From the NCBI RefSeq assembly GCF_037042905.1, contig NC_087248.1, positions 10,850,001 through 10,914,000 on the forward strand: a stretch of 64,000 nt of DNA, given 5' to 3'. The notes beneath the pieces are model-generated. The model saw nothing but the letters and a program-made list of their open reading frames with translations. It had not been told where the DNA came from and did not search any database. Made by a program: the position numbers and the translations under genes. This document shows positions 1 to 15,600 of this stretch, piece by piece. Numbering within the stretch: the stretch's first letter is position 1; each line of letters begins with the position of its first letter. This stretch comes from Lytechinus pictus. Lineage: Eukaryota.

Positions 1-88
1 TAGACAAGTTTAAAGCAAATAAACACAAGTAGATTGAAAATTAAGGCATTATTGAATTCCTTAATAGTTTTCTATGCTCTGGCAGCAC

Positions 89-241
89 CAGGGCCCCATA
101 ATAGAAAGGTTAGCAATAAATCGCTAAAATGAAATGGCATATGAAGACCACTGTTGCTCAGTAGACTTACTAGGAACCAATCAGAAATTTTTTTCTTCAA
201 ATTAGCGATTAATCGCTAACCTTTGTGTTATGAGGCCTAGG
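89..241. mobile_element. MITE (GGGCCC-ended family)
   Basis: Imperfect terminal inverted repeats: ggccccataatagaaaggttagc ... gctaacctttgtgttatgaggcc. Confidence 0.65.
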
Positions 242-600
242 TTATGTTGTTTACAAGTATTGGGTTTTTTCTAAACTTCATTATCATAATTATGCAATTT
301 TACAATTCAATCTATCAAAATTGCAGCATTTCTATCATTATTTATATTAAAAAGCAGTAACCTCAAGATTTTATGTTGTTCAAACAATATAATTCAGTTG
401 AAATTTTGTAGAAAACTAAACAGCAGAAACCAGCATTTCTATTGACACTTTATAAAAAAATTAATTCATCAGTTTCGTAGCTACTTTATATTTCTGGAAA
501 GTAATCTGGATTGTCATACATGTACTGAAATGCAAGCAAACAAATTTCTAATAGTTAAACATAAGAAAGTAATTGAAATTGGAATGCATGCACAACTTAC

Positions 601-3600
601 TTATTTAGTGAATTGTTTTGAGATGATGGTAGATCCACTACTGCATCAAACAAGGCTCTCAACTCCACCTGGGGTGCATACGGTAAAAGAAGACACAGAA
701 CTTCTGATGATGCAGCAGCAGGAATTCTGTCTGTTGATGTAGTACCATCATCATCATCGTCCTGGTTACCAGGATCTTTTAAGATATCATTCACAAGAGG
801 TGTCCAGCAGAGTTTTTGGAGATGCTTCCTGCATCGGAGACCTTGACAAGGAAACAAATAGATCTTTCAAATCTCACACAAATTTTGAAACCAAACTCAC
901 TGCATACAGGTATAGCATTGGGACACAGCGTGTCACACCGATAGAGTCTCATTTTTGTGCTTTAAGTACATAGCCAATGGCAGATGAAATTCTTAAAAGG
1001 GTGGTTACTTCTTATTCTGGACTGCTTATTGAATTGCATTTAATTTAATTTACGGTAAGGTTTGGTTGTTTAATGGTAAGTAGTGAATTTTGTTGGAAAA
1101 ACAGAGAACAAATGATGAAGAACTAAAAATTTGATTTTGCAATCTTTTTTTTGTGAAAACCTATAATGATGACATCTGGAAAAAAATATAAAAAACTCAT
1201 AAGTGAATTAGGAGTCAAATATTCAAATTTTGTTTTTTTTTACAAATACATTTACATATTTTATTAATAAGTGTTTCAGTATAAGCTTGGACTTACTTCG
1301 CTTATTATCTCCAGCTGAGGACAGATAAGCTGCTATTGATGGGTACAAACTAGCTATGCTATCTTTTCTTGTTTTCTTCTGTGAGCTATCCATGATCCAG
1401 TCCTCAAATTGGCAAGGATTGGCCTTAATAAGGATTGGAGTGATCTCATCTCCCATCTGAAAAAAAGGAGAAGAGAGAGGGAGAGAGATGGAGGGAGGGG
1501 GGAATGATATGAATACATAAATTGAATATAGACAATCAATTTGTACAGATAAATTTAATTACAGAGTAAATTAAATTTTCTATAGAGTTTTTCAAAGCTG
1601 TAAGAACTTGTAAGGACTTCAGGACAAAGGGGCTGATAATGATACATGTACTTCAATCTAATTTCACTATTCAGTGTAAATTTCATTAATACAACATTCC
1701 ACATTACATCTTCAAATTATTTCTTTTCGATCTTCAAATCGTTTTTTTCATCTTCTTCTTCTAAGGAAACATGGACTAGAACTCTTTACCTGCTTACGCT
1801 GCTGTCTGGAAGCTTCCAAGCAAACAGAGAGGGCTCCCTTCATATCAGAATCTAACGGCAACAGGTGAGTGTGCTCCTTCAAGAGTTCACCAATGGCTTT
1901 CAACAAAGTCCATGACTTCCGTTCAACCGCTATGGCTAGGATATCCTTGACATCTATAGTGTTCAAACAGTCTGACCCTGAGGGATGTTGGTGTGGCACT
2001 TCTTTGACAGCTGCATAAGTGCCTCTGGAGGATGTGACCTTTCTGTGATCCAGGCTCCTGTAATTGGACTCTGAAGATGATATCCTTGATGCTATAAGGA
2101 GGTATTCCCCTGTTAAACATAGTAGTCCTCTGGATTCAAAGTCATAATTTTGGTCCTTGGCGATTTCTTGCTTCATGAAGGACACAACTTGCCTGAGGAC
2201 ACATAGACATCTTCCTGGATGGATGTAACCCTTGAGACTAACCAGGAGATCAATGACGACTCTGGAATGTGCCTCATTCTCAGATGGCACCAACAAAGTC
2301 CGAAGCATATTCTCTGCAGCTGCAACTAGTACCCTCAGTTCTCTCTCAAGTTCAACTTGGGGTACAAACTCCTTCAACACAGTCAACACCTCCCTGACCC
2401 TATCTGTACATGGGTCGTATCTAAGCCCACATATGATTGGATGCCTCAGGATTACAGTACTCAACTTGAGCCAATCGCAGTCCTCTTTACTATAGCTATC
2501 TTCATTATCTATTTGGATATCCATGGCATCGGTATTTTCCTGTGATGGTTCACACTGTTCTCTCAGCTCTTTGCAGACATCTTTTGATTTTTCTTTTGCT
2601 TGATGAAGTACAGCCATAAATATGTCAGTGTAGAACTGTGCAGCATCATTGGAGCTCTAAAAAACAAACAACAGGATAGAATAAGGTGACATCATAAATC
2701 TCATATTATTTTTTTTTTCCAATGCAAACATTTTTTCTTTTCATGAGTATACTAAAACAATAAGGCTTTCAGTTTCAGGATAGTGAAAATTATTTATTCA
2801 TAAATTAAATTTGAATGATGATGGTTAGTGAACACTTAACTTGGACAATTTAACCTGAGAGAACTGGGCCCTGTCGCATAAAGCTTAGCAATTGATCATA
2901 AGGCTAATTTTCAATTGTTCACACGTAATAATGAATGTAAATCAATTGCAGATATCAGGCCTACATGTATGATCAATCGCTAAACTTTATATTATTATTA
3001 TTATTATTACTTATTATTTGTACTGCGCTTTTCCCATTAGGCCCAAAGCGCTTACAATGAATTAATCAAATGTAATATTTTAAAAACTACAAAGTACGAA
3101 AGAGATGAGTTTTTAATGACTTTTTGAAAATTGCTAATGTTGGAGACTGTCTAATTATTAGTGGCAGGTCGTTCCAGGATTTTGAAGCCGACACCGTAAA
3201 AGTTCTGTCACCAGCTAATGTACGAGTTAATGAATATGTGAGGCGAAGGTGATCACTGGCCGACCTAAGTGCTCTAGTAGGTGTATACAGATTCAAGCAG
3301 TTACTTAAATACTGTGGAACCTGTTTATTCAGTGTTTTGTAGACAATCAAGAGTAATTTGAACGTAATTCTCTGTTTAAAAGGAAGCCAGTGAAGAGAAT
3401 TAAAGAGTGGTTGGGAAGGATGATCTCGGGAAACCTGTAAAATTAATCGTGCTGCCCAATTTTGTAGTCGTTGAATACGAATTAATTGATTAGAGGGAAT
3501 TGTAGAAAGGAGCCCATTGCAATAATCGATACGAGACAGAACCAATCATAGGTCCCTGACCAAGCTTTGGTTACAAAAAAAAAACCCACCTATATTGCTG

Positions 3601-6600
3601 ATGGCTGATGTGATGACAAGCAAATTATTCCACTTAGTCACAAAAAAGTGGAATTTGATAGCAAATAGCAAAAGTCACTGACCTCTTGATTGGTGCACGA
3701 TCCTACATAAAGTAGACACTGTTGTATGATGGGATGGACTGCATCCTGACCAATAGAGGGCACACTATCCATGATATCCTGTTTTATGTTCACATCCTTC
3801 TCTAGCTTTGCCCTATTCATGAAGCTTTCTTGGAGTAAAGAGGAAAATGTCTTCAGTGATGATGAGGACTGCTTGGCCTTTAGCTGCCATTCAAGAGAAA
3901 AAGAAAGGTTTGAAATCAACAAATACTATAAAAAAAACAAAGGTAGAAAATATACATACCACAGATAACTCTGCATGTCCCATGACAAAAGGAAGCAACT
4001 CCTTGCAAAGAAATTTGAGTAAATGAGGAAGATTTGTCATTGTTTTTATTCAGGGATACCTGGTTTTAAAACATCTATATTTCACAAATTGGGTCCTATC
4101 TGTCTCTTATCTCGGAGCATCATGTGGAGCATACAGAAAATATCCAATATCAAGAAAAAAGTATTTAAAAGAAATTAAGAGTTGCTACCTTCTGTCATGA
4201 GATGGCAAAACTGATATTCTCAAGAAATTTATGATTATATAATTTAAAGGCAAAAGGGCTATAATGATAAAGTAACATTGAAAAACACAATGACAATAAT
4301 CCAGATGATGTCATCCCACAAAAATAGAAATACAGCAAAATAAACCTAGACATAACAAAATAATAACATTTATAATTACCTTGGATACTTTGATTTGTCT
4401 TGACTTTGGAAGCCACTCATTGCAGTATGATAGCAGGCGGTTCCAGCTGGATATGACCGGTTTGGTCTGGTTCTGGCTGGATTGATAAACCAGGTGACAA
4501 ATGACCCTTGGATCATGCTGTGTGTTGAGGATTGATGTGAGGACTCTGGAAAGGTAGTCAGCAACTGAGAATGAAGAAATTCAAATAAATTAAACGGTTA
4601 AGAAAATGGAAGAGCAAATGATTTATTCGCATTTCTAGTTAAAATAAATAATAACTCAAATTTGTATTTTCTATCCAGGGTACATGTAGCTTCTTCAGTG
4701 TAATATGCTGGTCTTCCAGAGGCCCTGAATAAAATGTCTTTTTTCATTACCCTGTCCAACCTATTTTTAATATGCCTAACTCCTGGATAGACGGCAGGTC
4801 ATCCAATTATAAAAGTTTTGGTGGAACTCGGCCAGGGGATCGAAGCCACGATCTGTCACAAGGCGGGTGCTCCACCACTGATATGCCACGCCAGGAAACC
4901 CAAGAACTATGTTATCAAGCTCGCCCCTGCATGTGCACATTTGAGGCTGAATTCTGAAGAGTAATATTCAAGACCTAGAATTGTCATCATGGAATATCCT
5001 TTGTTCAGTAGCTTTGACTGTTCAAAAGTTAACATGCACATAGGCTGTTTCACTAACTATTCATTTGCTAAAATTGTAAATTCTACCACACCTTCAAAAA
5101 CATTTGTCCTATCATAGCAAATATGATAAAAAAAGGATCTTATCATATTCTTTTGTCTTGTTCCTATCTAAGTTTGCAGTATACAGTATATGAATGTTAG
5201 GGTGAAATTCTTCTACAATCCTGATACTTGAGAGAAATCCTAATACCCAATCATATCTGTTTCTTTGCTCTTATTTCTCTACCAGGAGCAATTAAATGCA
5301 AATACCTTTTCCATTTTCCTCCATTGCACTGAACTCTTCTAATGATGCCGGTACAAGGGCACTACAGGGTAATGATCCTGATTGACCCAGGTCAGGGGTC
5401 ATTACCACCTGTTCTTCTTGTAATTGGTCAGTTTGCATGACATCATCATCTTGATGGGAAGCAATGATTGGTATCTCATCCATGTCTAAGATAGCTGTGA
5501 TACAAGGAGAGAGAAAGACTTGTAAATCACCATTGCAAAATACCAAAGCCAAAGTCACTTCTCTCCAAAAAGGAAGAGAGACTATTTTAAAGATTCTTTA
5601 GCTCATCATCATNNNNNNNNNNNNNNNNNNNNNNNNNNNNNNNNNNNNNNNNNNNNNNNNNNNNNNNNNNNNNNNNNNNNNNNNNNNNNNNNNNNNNNNN
5701 NNNNNNNNNNNNNNNNNNNNNNNNNNNNNNNNNNNNNNNNNNNNNNNNNNNNNNNNNNNNNNNNNNNNNNNNNNNNNNNNNNNNNNNNNNNNNNNNNNNN
5801 NNNNNNNNNNNNNNNNNNNNNNNNNNNNNNNNNNNNNNNNNNNNNNNNNNNNNNNNNNNNNNNNNNNNNNNNNNNNNNNNNNNNNNNNNNNCATCATCCA
5901 TCTTCTAATCCCCCTCATCCTTTCATTCCCCTCCATCACATTATGAAATCAACAACACAAGCAAGTTGTCTAAAAAACAATTGCAATCCCACAACCAAGT
6001 GCAATGACTGCAAGAGCCTGTAACAGTTATCAAAACTTGTTACTGATAACAAAGTTTTAGCAAAGTTTTGTAAAGGAGTATCCTGGGCCCCGTCTTACAT
6101 AGTGATCGGATCAACGACAACTATGGAAAGCCAGCAACGTCAACATCTATTATGCATGTTTGTTCAAAATATTTTCCAATTTTGATGTATATTCATACAT
6201 TCATTGTTTTCTTGAAAAATCAGTGTGCTTCTCATTGTTTACAAAGGACATTTTTCAAATTTCTTGGCTGAACTATTATGACAATGATGGATTTCCATAG
6301 AATCGAGGTTGGTCGGATCAATCGTAACTCTTTGTAAGATGGGATCGTGATCTCACCTGCCAATCCTGCTTCAGAAATGCTCCTGGAATCCTCCTCCGCT
6401 TCCTCCATCTTCCCATCATCCTCTTCCTTCATAGCCATCTCTGTGACAGCTTCCATGATGCGATCATTGTGAGGGTATGGATTCCTCACCACCTTGCTCA
6501 GAATACGCTGCAGGAAGCCGGTCACGACCTTGGGGTCATGGGTCACCGAGGTCGGGGCAGAAAAGGCATCAAGCCAGATGATTGGTTCATCGGGGCATTG

Positions 6601-9600
6601 GTCAAACTGACCGGTGTGCTTCAGGACCTGGAATGAAGTCACAATCAACATTTAGGAATCAGTGATACAAAGAACAGACATTAAATTTGTAAAATTTTCA
6701 ACATTATGTTTAGTTCTTTCTCATATTATTACATTACGTTCAATTCATGAACAGTAGCTACAGGAAATTTTTTGTATATTATACAACAACACTGCAAAAT
6801 CAGAAGATGAATTATGTTGGAAATCAAATATTCCAAATATGGCTATGATAAAATATAACAATTGTATATCGTATGAAAGAGGAAAGTATATCCTTTGTTT
6901 TATGCATAGAAGCAAAAAAAGTAACAGAATTTCATATCAAATGAAAGTAAATCATCTCATTTCTTGGAAAAAGTACAAGGGTTCAAAGTATAATAGACTT
7001 ACCTGACAGATTAATTGCTTGGATACATGAATCAGTTTAGAATCAGAAGAGGTCATCAAAACAGTCAGGAGCTGTCCCATGGCTGACCCTTCACCTTTGA
7101 CCTAAAAGAAAGAGCGAGAGAATGAATCATGACTAGATGAGATATCAAGCATGATTTAGTTTGAACGTTTCAGTTATAGAAACTTGCTTAAGCATGAATG
7201 ACAGAATGGCAGTAACAATCTTATAAGAGTTTGAACAGAGTCCCATAAAATGATAATTCAATTGATTTGTATGTAAATATCAGCTTAATCATAAAAATGT
7301 CTAATTGCTATATGGAAAAAATAAGCATGGTATTCCAGCTAGGTGTCGGGCCTTTTTTCCAAAGCAATATACACTGTCCCACATGTGCTGATCTGTGTTG
7401 GTGATCTTCAGTGTGATAATTTTCAGCTTAAATTTCTTAATTTCAAAGAAAAAGGTTTAAGTAATGATATCAGATACATAGATTTACAATGACATGGTGA
7501 GAGATCACCTTGATTTTTCAGACTTTCCTGTGAAATCATTGCTTACTGCAACTACAGGTACTTAAGGCCTGGTCCCACTGGCTGAAGGACACAAAACGTA
7601 TTCATAACAGACACAGCGGACAAGCAAAATCTCGGAGTGTCTCCATCCGTTTTCATTCGCTCCAGACAATGGACAAAATGGGCGAACAATGAAATAACAG
7701 TGGACGGATGCTCTGTGGATATAGAGCATTTGAAACACGTATGCAAAGAGTACACAAAGGATACATAGCCTATTCGAACGGATGGCAAGATTCTTTTCCG
7801 TTTTACATCCTCTCTGCATCCGTGAGTGCAGTGGGACCAAGCCTTACGCGCTTTGTATAAAGATCATCCACCTCTCAGAGTCAAAGGGGAAAATATCTTA
7901 ATATCGAAATGCTCACCTCCTTGAACCAGCGGAAACGGCCCACATCAAAACCCATCAAAAGTTTCATGGTCTCGTACTGAAGCTGCAAGGCATGCTGGGT
8001 TGATGTAGCACTGCCCTCTTTGGCAGTCATGTGATCAGAGTGGAATATTCCGTGAAGGAGCCGACTGAAGTCAAATGCTGTTTGGAGGAAGGCCGATGGG
8101 AGAACAATGGTATACGCAGCCAGGATTCTCATGATGTGTACGAGAATCTCTGCCGGCTCTGGCTGCGCTAATCCTGAATCAAACAAATGAATAAACATTA
8201 AGTACTCATTAATTCATCCATGTTTAGGAAATGTAACCACAATTGAAAAAAGGGATAAATAAAGCAGGAACAACAATTGAAAAGGTACATTCTTCCATGA
8301 TCCCTCATTTAATGGAGTGAAAAATTCAAGGCAGCTCTCATCCCCAACAAGTTGATTTCAATATATTCCACTAACATCACGGTAAGTCTCTATGACCATG
8401 TGAATCCTTCTTCAAATTGCTACTTCTTATATTAAACAGAGAGGTTCTCTATCTGTATACATTGAAATATTTGAACTGAATGTAAGAAATATTTAACAAG
8501 TAGTGAGTATGTGTATGTTAAATGCCTAAATGCCTAGTTAATGCCCAGTATATAAGGCATGACCGCATTTGTCAGATCATGCCAAGAGGACACGCACTAC
8601 TGCATATTAATCAATAAAATTGTGCATTACATATCATATACATGTCAGCATTTAAGTGCGAATCTATGTCACACTTAAATCTCTGTGAAACACCTCCACG
8701 TACAGCATATTTGTGTTGAATTGCACCCAACCTTTAGCTACAACAAAAACAGCTCATTGCCAGTATCAATTCATCCTGACATATCTTTTACCTGAAGATA
8801 TTTCCTGATCTGATTGTGAAGCTTGCGTATGATCCGACACAATGTCCTCTGCTTTGTGTTTGCTGCCCTCTTTTATCCTGATGAGGTATCTCTCCCAGCA
8901 CGACAACAAGGTATCAACATCCGGTAGAACCTGATGACATTATAGAAATACTTGATTAAATTAGTACCACAGAAGAAACGAAATGTACAAGCATTAAAGA
9001 GAAAATGCATTAGAACCTAAAATTTCAAAATACATAAAGGATATAATAAGTTACAAAGTGAAAACAACTGCTTGAAACAATGAGCATTAAAGCTCGGCTA
9101 AAACTTTGAATTATGCTGGAGTATCATCTGACTTCCAGCACACAAGTAGCCATTGAATCTTTTTTTAACATTCAAAATTCAAATTTGGCATTGTTTTGTA
9201 TCTAGCCCCCTCTCAAAACAATGTTTCCACTAAAAAAAAAAATGCACACATACAAATTTTGTTACTGGATATCAGACAGCTACACAAAGATTATCTCCTG
9301 AAATCATCAGCCTTATGCCAGAAAAAAAAACATGCAGATTTTTATCATATGAAATGCTATTACAATTTCTCAGAAAATTGGATTGCAATGGATCATGTGT
9401 TGTTTACCACACTTTAGGCGCTGAGAATGCATCCTTGTACAACTGACCTTTAAAAGCGACTCCTGATATTGCTTCACGAATATGTGCTTTTCTGTATGAG
9501 AAAGTGATGCACCTGCAGTTCTGCTCTGCTCCATGTTGCCTCTTGCTTTCTGCATCACTTTATCGATTAGCTGTAAACCTGTCAGACATACCAGATTGCT

Positions 9601-12600
9601 TGTGTGCTATAGACAGAGAGAATTATATAACAAATTCAATCAGAATTCAATAATCATATATCAATATCAAGTTTGGGATATACATGTAGGTGATTTGACA
9701 GCTCGTCATGGGGAAAGCAAGCACCAAAGAGCATAACAAAGGCCAACAGATGGATACTAATTCTGGTTTTAGCAGTGCGTACTTATATCATGAATGTCAT
9801 CAATACAATCTTCATGAATTCAATTACATGGGAAAATTTTGCTATCAAATTTTATTAGCAGTTTTGGTCATGAGAGAAAAGCTCTCAACTAAGTTCTGTA
9901 CAATCCCATGTAAAAATCTGCTAAACAAAATACTTTTTCTGTAGCAGTCTTTAAAATAATGTGGAGAAAATTGCAATGCAATAGGGAAAATTATTCCCGG
10001 AATGATCATATGCACCTATCACCACTACCAGTACCACAACCATCACAACTACCACACCCACAACAATCTCCAAAATGACAAAAATTTTAACATCATAATT
10101 ATCTCTTCTTGGAAATCAGATATCACATTTTATTTATTCTCTAGACATACCTTGATACATTGCAGTAAGAATGCATGATTAGCCACAGCAGGTACTGTTG
10201 TCACCATCACCATGGAAACCAGCCTAGACACGCCCACTTTATCCGACCTGGTAAAGGCAGGACTCACAGAAGACTGCCCATCAAATATCTATTACATAAA
10301 CGACAAAAAATTGACAAGACAGAATGTGAGGGCCTAGTAAAACTAGGTGATCATATGCGGCAGTACTGAATACACGGTAAGTTACTAAATCTAACTGTTG
10401 AATTCAAAATCTGTAATGTTGAAATGGCTAACAAAAGATAGAAATCAATTGTAATGAGAGCATTTTTCAAACAAAATATCTGGCTTCAAACTTAATACTG
10501 TTGGTTTGACCTGAGTTGACCTTAAAAAAATTGAACAATCACTCCAAGTCAAAGTAATATTTCATACTACAATGCAAATCATGTGTTACATCTTCTAAGT
10601 TGAAAGTCACCCAATTCAAACAAATTTCTGTGGTGCCAAGTGCGAAGTCATAATAAATTCTTTAAAATGAAAGTCAATTATCACCATATAGTTTTAAATC
10701 CAGATGTAATAACTTTATCAAAATGTAACTTTGTGTAATCAGGAAATACAAGAAAAGTGAGCACAATGAAGACTCCCCACATCAATAAGGACCATGCAAT
10801 ATTATTGCTTGGGAAAACCCCTACACTCTGGTTAAAATGTTGTGTTTAGTTTGCTACATGTAATTTCTTAATAGCAATTACACATTTTTTTGACCCACCC
10901 ATAATCATTGGGCACATATTTCTACTGATGTATAGGCCCTACTATTACAATTGGGTGGCCAATTTATTGGATTCTGATCACACTCAAATACTGGCATTTA
11001 CATTTAAATATACAATTTCCTTGGCAATCAGATAGACTGAAAAGCTCTGTCTGTAGTCTGATATGCTTGTTGTGACATCTGCCGCAGGTCAAGTACCCAG
11101 GGGTGGATCCAGGATTTTGAAATAGAGGGGACCAGAGTAGTTAATTTGAAAATAGAGCTCAGATTACAATTTTAGATTTCACTATAATATATATATCAAT
11201 ATATATGTTTAATGGGTAATTCTCAATATAGAGGGGACATGTGCCCTTTGCTCCCCCGCCTGGATCCACCACTGAACTACCTACCTCTACTTCTTGATAA
11301 AATGGGTAGGCCCTCCAATATCTTGTCCAACCAACATTACCTACCTTCTCGATGAAACCCACGTTGGCCAGCCATGATGAGGACGCTCTCGGTGTGAAGG
11401 AGAAAGGACAAGAGGAGAGGTACTTGGATAACAGGTCCGGACATGTCTTCAAGATATGGACCACAAGGTCTGCCACAAGGTCATCCGTCGTTGCGGTCTT
11501 CAACATCTGAAGGAACTTCAAGAGGGCGCTGTTTAAATTCCTGTTTGGATATTCAAAGTACAAAAGAACTAACTTATATCTGAGTACTTCAGAGAGAAAA
11601 AAAAAAGAACAATTAAATACCCATAAATTCAGTAAAGTCTGATTTACAAAAAACATCAGCATTGAAAAATTGCTACTCTTTTGAAATATCCATAAAGAAC
11701 TAACTGATATTAGAGTACTTCAGAAAGAAAAAAGAACAGTTAAAATACCAATAAATTCAGTAAAGTCTGATTTACAAAAAACATCAGCAGTGAATTATTG
11801 CTATTCTTTTGAAATATCCATAAAACCCTTGTTATTTGGTTGTTAGTAATACTGTTACTGTTAATTTCCAGAGAATGACAATTACACTTTGAATCACAGA
11901 AGAGCAATTGAAATGACTAGTAGAGACAGGGGAGCATCTCATGAAGAGTTTGGGCAGATATTTTCACTAAGTTGGCTCTCAGCCAATCAAATGCAACGAT
12001 TTCAGTAGCTTGTAAAAAAAAAAATGATTTGGGGGTTTCATGAAATGCTCCCATAGGCAAAATTTCCAGAAAGCTTTTTGGCACAGACAAGATGTAATTC
12101 TTTGACAATCCCATGAAATCACCGCTTTTCATTGATTGAGGGAACTGGTAACTGGCTGCTGCTATGAGAAATGTCAGACAGACATTAACAACTCATCATA
12201 ATATGTTAGGTTTCAATAGGCAACTAGATAATTGGTGCCTCATAAATGCTTTTTATTATTATAATTCTTATTACTATTATTATGTTACCATAGAGATGAT
12301 ATCAATAAAGATCAATTTCACTCAATTTGGTACTACATTATTAAAATGTAGTATTTTCTTCAATATATTTATAGAGCGAGGTTATCTTTTTATAAATTTT
12401 ACATGAATTTATGCAAAACTTGGTGACATTATTACTTGTTATCAATTGACTGCACCATTTTAGTTGATAGTGCCATCGCCAGTACATTGTGAGATACAGA
12501 AAACATGTTTTGGACCCAAAAGAAATTGCTCTTTCTACTTCAACCTTGGCAGACTAATCAAACGTCTTTTTGGGTTTGTTCTTTGAAGAATATCTCCACT

Positions 12601-15600
12601 GATTCTGTCCTTAAAAGGTGATTGCAAAATTATCTAAGGCCATGTTATTGGTACCAAGTTTTTATGAAATATGGCCTTAGTTGCAGAAAGAGAGATGTCT
12701 TACTTTCCACCAAGTCCTATTGATTTATCCAGGAAGTTGATGCCATGTTTGGTGGAGGTGGTGACTTCTATCAGGAATGAATGAACCTTGCGCCGGACAG
12801 CTTCTCTCCCGGCCTGCTCCAGGTCTTCCGCTGCCTGTAAGGTAGAGGGCGAATCACAAGATGTATTAATTGTGTTATTTGACCTCATTCACCAAAATCT
12901 ACTTTGAAATCCTTATTCAACCAATATCATCCAGGCTACATTGAAATCGCAATATCACACAGTTGACCGACAATGTAATCTACAAATTATAGTGCAATTG
13001 TTGCAAATTTATTCCCAGTCATTTTAATTCACTAATTATCAAATAAAAATAATAAACAACATTTATAAAGCGTTTCGTACGCATTGTTTCTAAGCGCGGG
13101 ATACATAGATAAAAATAAGTACAAGTACATGTCAGCGAAATACAAAATAAGATATAACATCAACTTAAGACTAACGAAAATTAAAGGAAAATGCATAGAG
13201 GATAAATTAACAAATTAAAAGCACTATATCATAAATAACAACGAAAATTGATATGATTTGCTACTGATTAAAAAGGTAGGTTTTCAATTTAGTCTTCAAA
13301 ATATGCTTATCATATGTAGGCTATAGAGGGTTGGTAGTATTAGCAGGACATAATTTTCATTAGAGTATATCAAAGCAACCCTGACACTAGTGCATTTTTT
13401 TTTCTGTATTCGAAAAATTTTGCTTCAATTAGAAGTATCACTAAAGGTGATCAATGCACATTGGACTAAAGCATAACAACACAAGGGGTGTCATTCTCAC
13501 AGCATTGATGTTATGTATTGTACAACGCCTACTTAGCTTGTTGTACGCGAGCAAATGGGAGGCTGAATGTCAAACATTCATACCGTTGCACAAAAGACGT
13601 ACCATCCAAAATGTACCGTTGCACAGCTTTAGGAGGTGACGTCACAATACAATTTAATTCATTGCGCTTGGTAAAAATGAACAATACGCGTATAAGCCAG
13701 CTGGCTAAATGCGTGCTTGTGGGATTTTGCTTTCTGCTTTCGGTATTTTTGCTCCCTTTTCATAGATTACTATAGGGATAAACTCTTTGTTTTTTCATAT
13801 TTTCGCTAAATTCTGAGGCGTTGTACAACACAAATAGCGAATATTATTATTCGTGCAATGGTGCGAGATTTTGCATTCGGTGAAAGAAAGAAACGCTCTA
13901 TTCAACTCGGCTCACGCCTCGTTGAATAGAGCATCTTTCTTTCACCTCATGCGAAATCTCGCACCATCGCACTCATGCCTATTCGCTATTTGTATACTAT
14001 ACTTGTATATTCTATGTATATAAAATCATTGTAATTATGATATTTTGTTATACTCTCATACCCAGAGAGGGGGGGGGGGGTCAATAGAGTTAATAAATCT
14101 TATCTGATTAGTTAACCTTACACCAAACTATTTTTTATTGCTTGTTGCCAAATTCATTAATGATTGAGGTAAATAGCACAATGAATGAAACGACATGAGA
14201 AGATGATGATAATCTGAATATGGAATGAATTTGAATGAATTCTGAAGAAAATTATGTTTGTCACAAATGTTTGATGAAATAGACGAATAGCAATACGCAT
14301 CAACATGATGTAAGATTTTTATTTATTCTCAGGTTAAACCTAGGTTTGATTACAATAATACTAAGTTAACCAAGGTACATGTATCTACTACATAAAATAC
14401 AATACCTAACAAGAAAACAAGAAGTAGAAAATAAAACAAAAGCGAACAAAACAACAAAGTCAAAAAACCTACCTCTACTTGTTCATCCTGTATATCATGC
14501 ACTCCTTTCCATCTGCCGTAGAGGTGCGCAATTTGGAAAAGTGTGAACTCGTTCAACACCGGTAGTTTCTGAGTCTTTGTGACATCGGGATTACGCACGA
14601 GATGCTCCAGAAGGGCATTGAGGAAGAGTTGAAGAGTAGAGGCTCTATCTTCCACCAAGCCTTTGAAGAAACCTTTCAAGAAATCTAATCAAAGAGGATT
14701 AAAATGAAAATTCACTTTACAGATCACTACATTAGTACTTCTGATACTACTTTCAAAGCAATTTTAACCTGGTGGGTGTTTCATAAAGCTGTTCGTAAGT
14801 TAAGAGCGACTTTAGAACAACTGGTGATCCTTTCTTGTGGTGAATGGTATACACCAAAATGTTCACTGACGATGGTTTAGCGCATAAGAAAGGATCACCA
14901 GTCATTCTTAAAGTCGCTCTTAACTTACGAACAGCTTTATGAAACGGCCCCCTGGTTTTCATGATTATACTAACAAAATAGCAGCTTGGATTATAATGAA
15001 CCCAATATGGATCAGGAAACCGGTACAACTAATGAAGTGATGAGTTCACACAGAAAAAACATCAGGACAATTTGTGTAAGTATATGCTGCAGAGCTGTGA
15101 AGTTGGCTACTGTGATACCAAACGTGTCTAACTGTTTGACTACACTGTAAGAGCAAGTAGACATATTTTTGTAAAATGAAACAGAGGGTCGTGGGTTCGA
15201 ATCCCAGCCATGGCGTAATTTCCTTCGGCAAGAAACTGATCCACAATGTGCTGCACTCAACCCAGGTGAGGTAAATGGGTACCGGTAGGAAGTAATTCCT
15301 TAAAAAGCTGTGTGCGCTATGAACGCCTAGCTTAGCCGGGTAATATAGGAGCGCAATTGAGCACCTAACAAGGTGGATATGTGCGCAATATAAATACCCT
15401 ATATTATTATTATATTAAAATGTGGGAGAAATGGTATATGAACTCAAATGAGTGTGTACATATCAGTCACTGACCAAATCTGAATTAAAAATGTCTGTTA
15501 GTATGATGGGCTTTTTAAAAATGGCTCAAATCCGGAAAATTAACTTCATTTGGATACTTTTGCAAAAAAAAGCTTAGTAAGGAATAATATTGCTGATTTA

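Noticed and set aside
5587-5939. ORFs spanning the N run
   Set aside because: Artefacts of the gap. The flanking URB1 exons splice in phase without them, although a hidden symmetric exon cannot be excluded.
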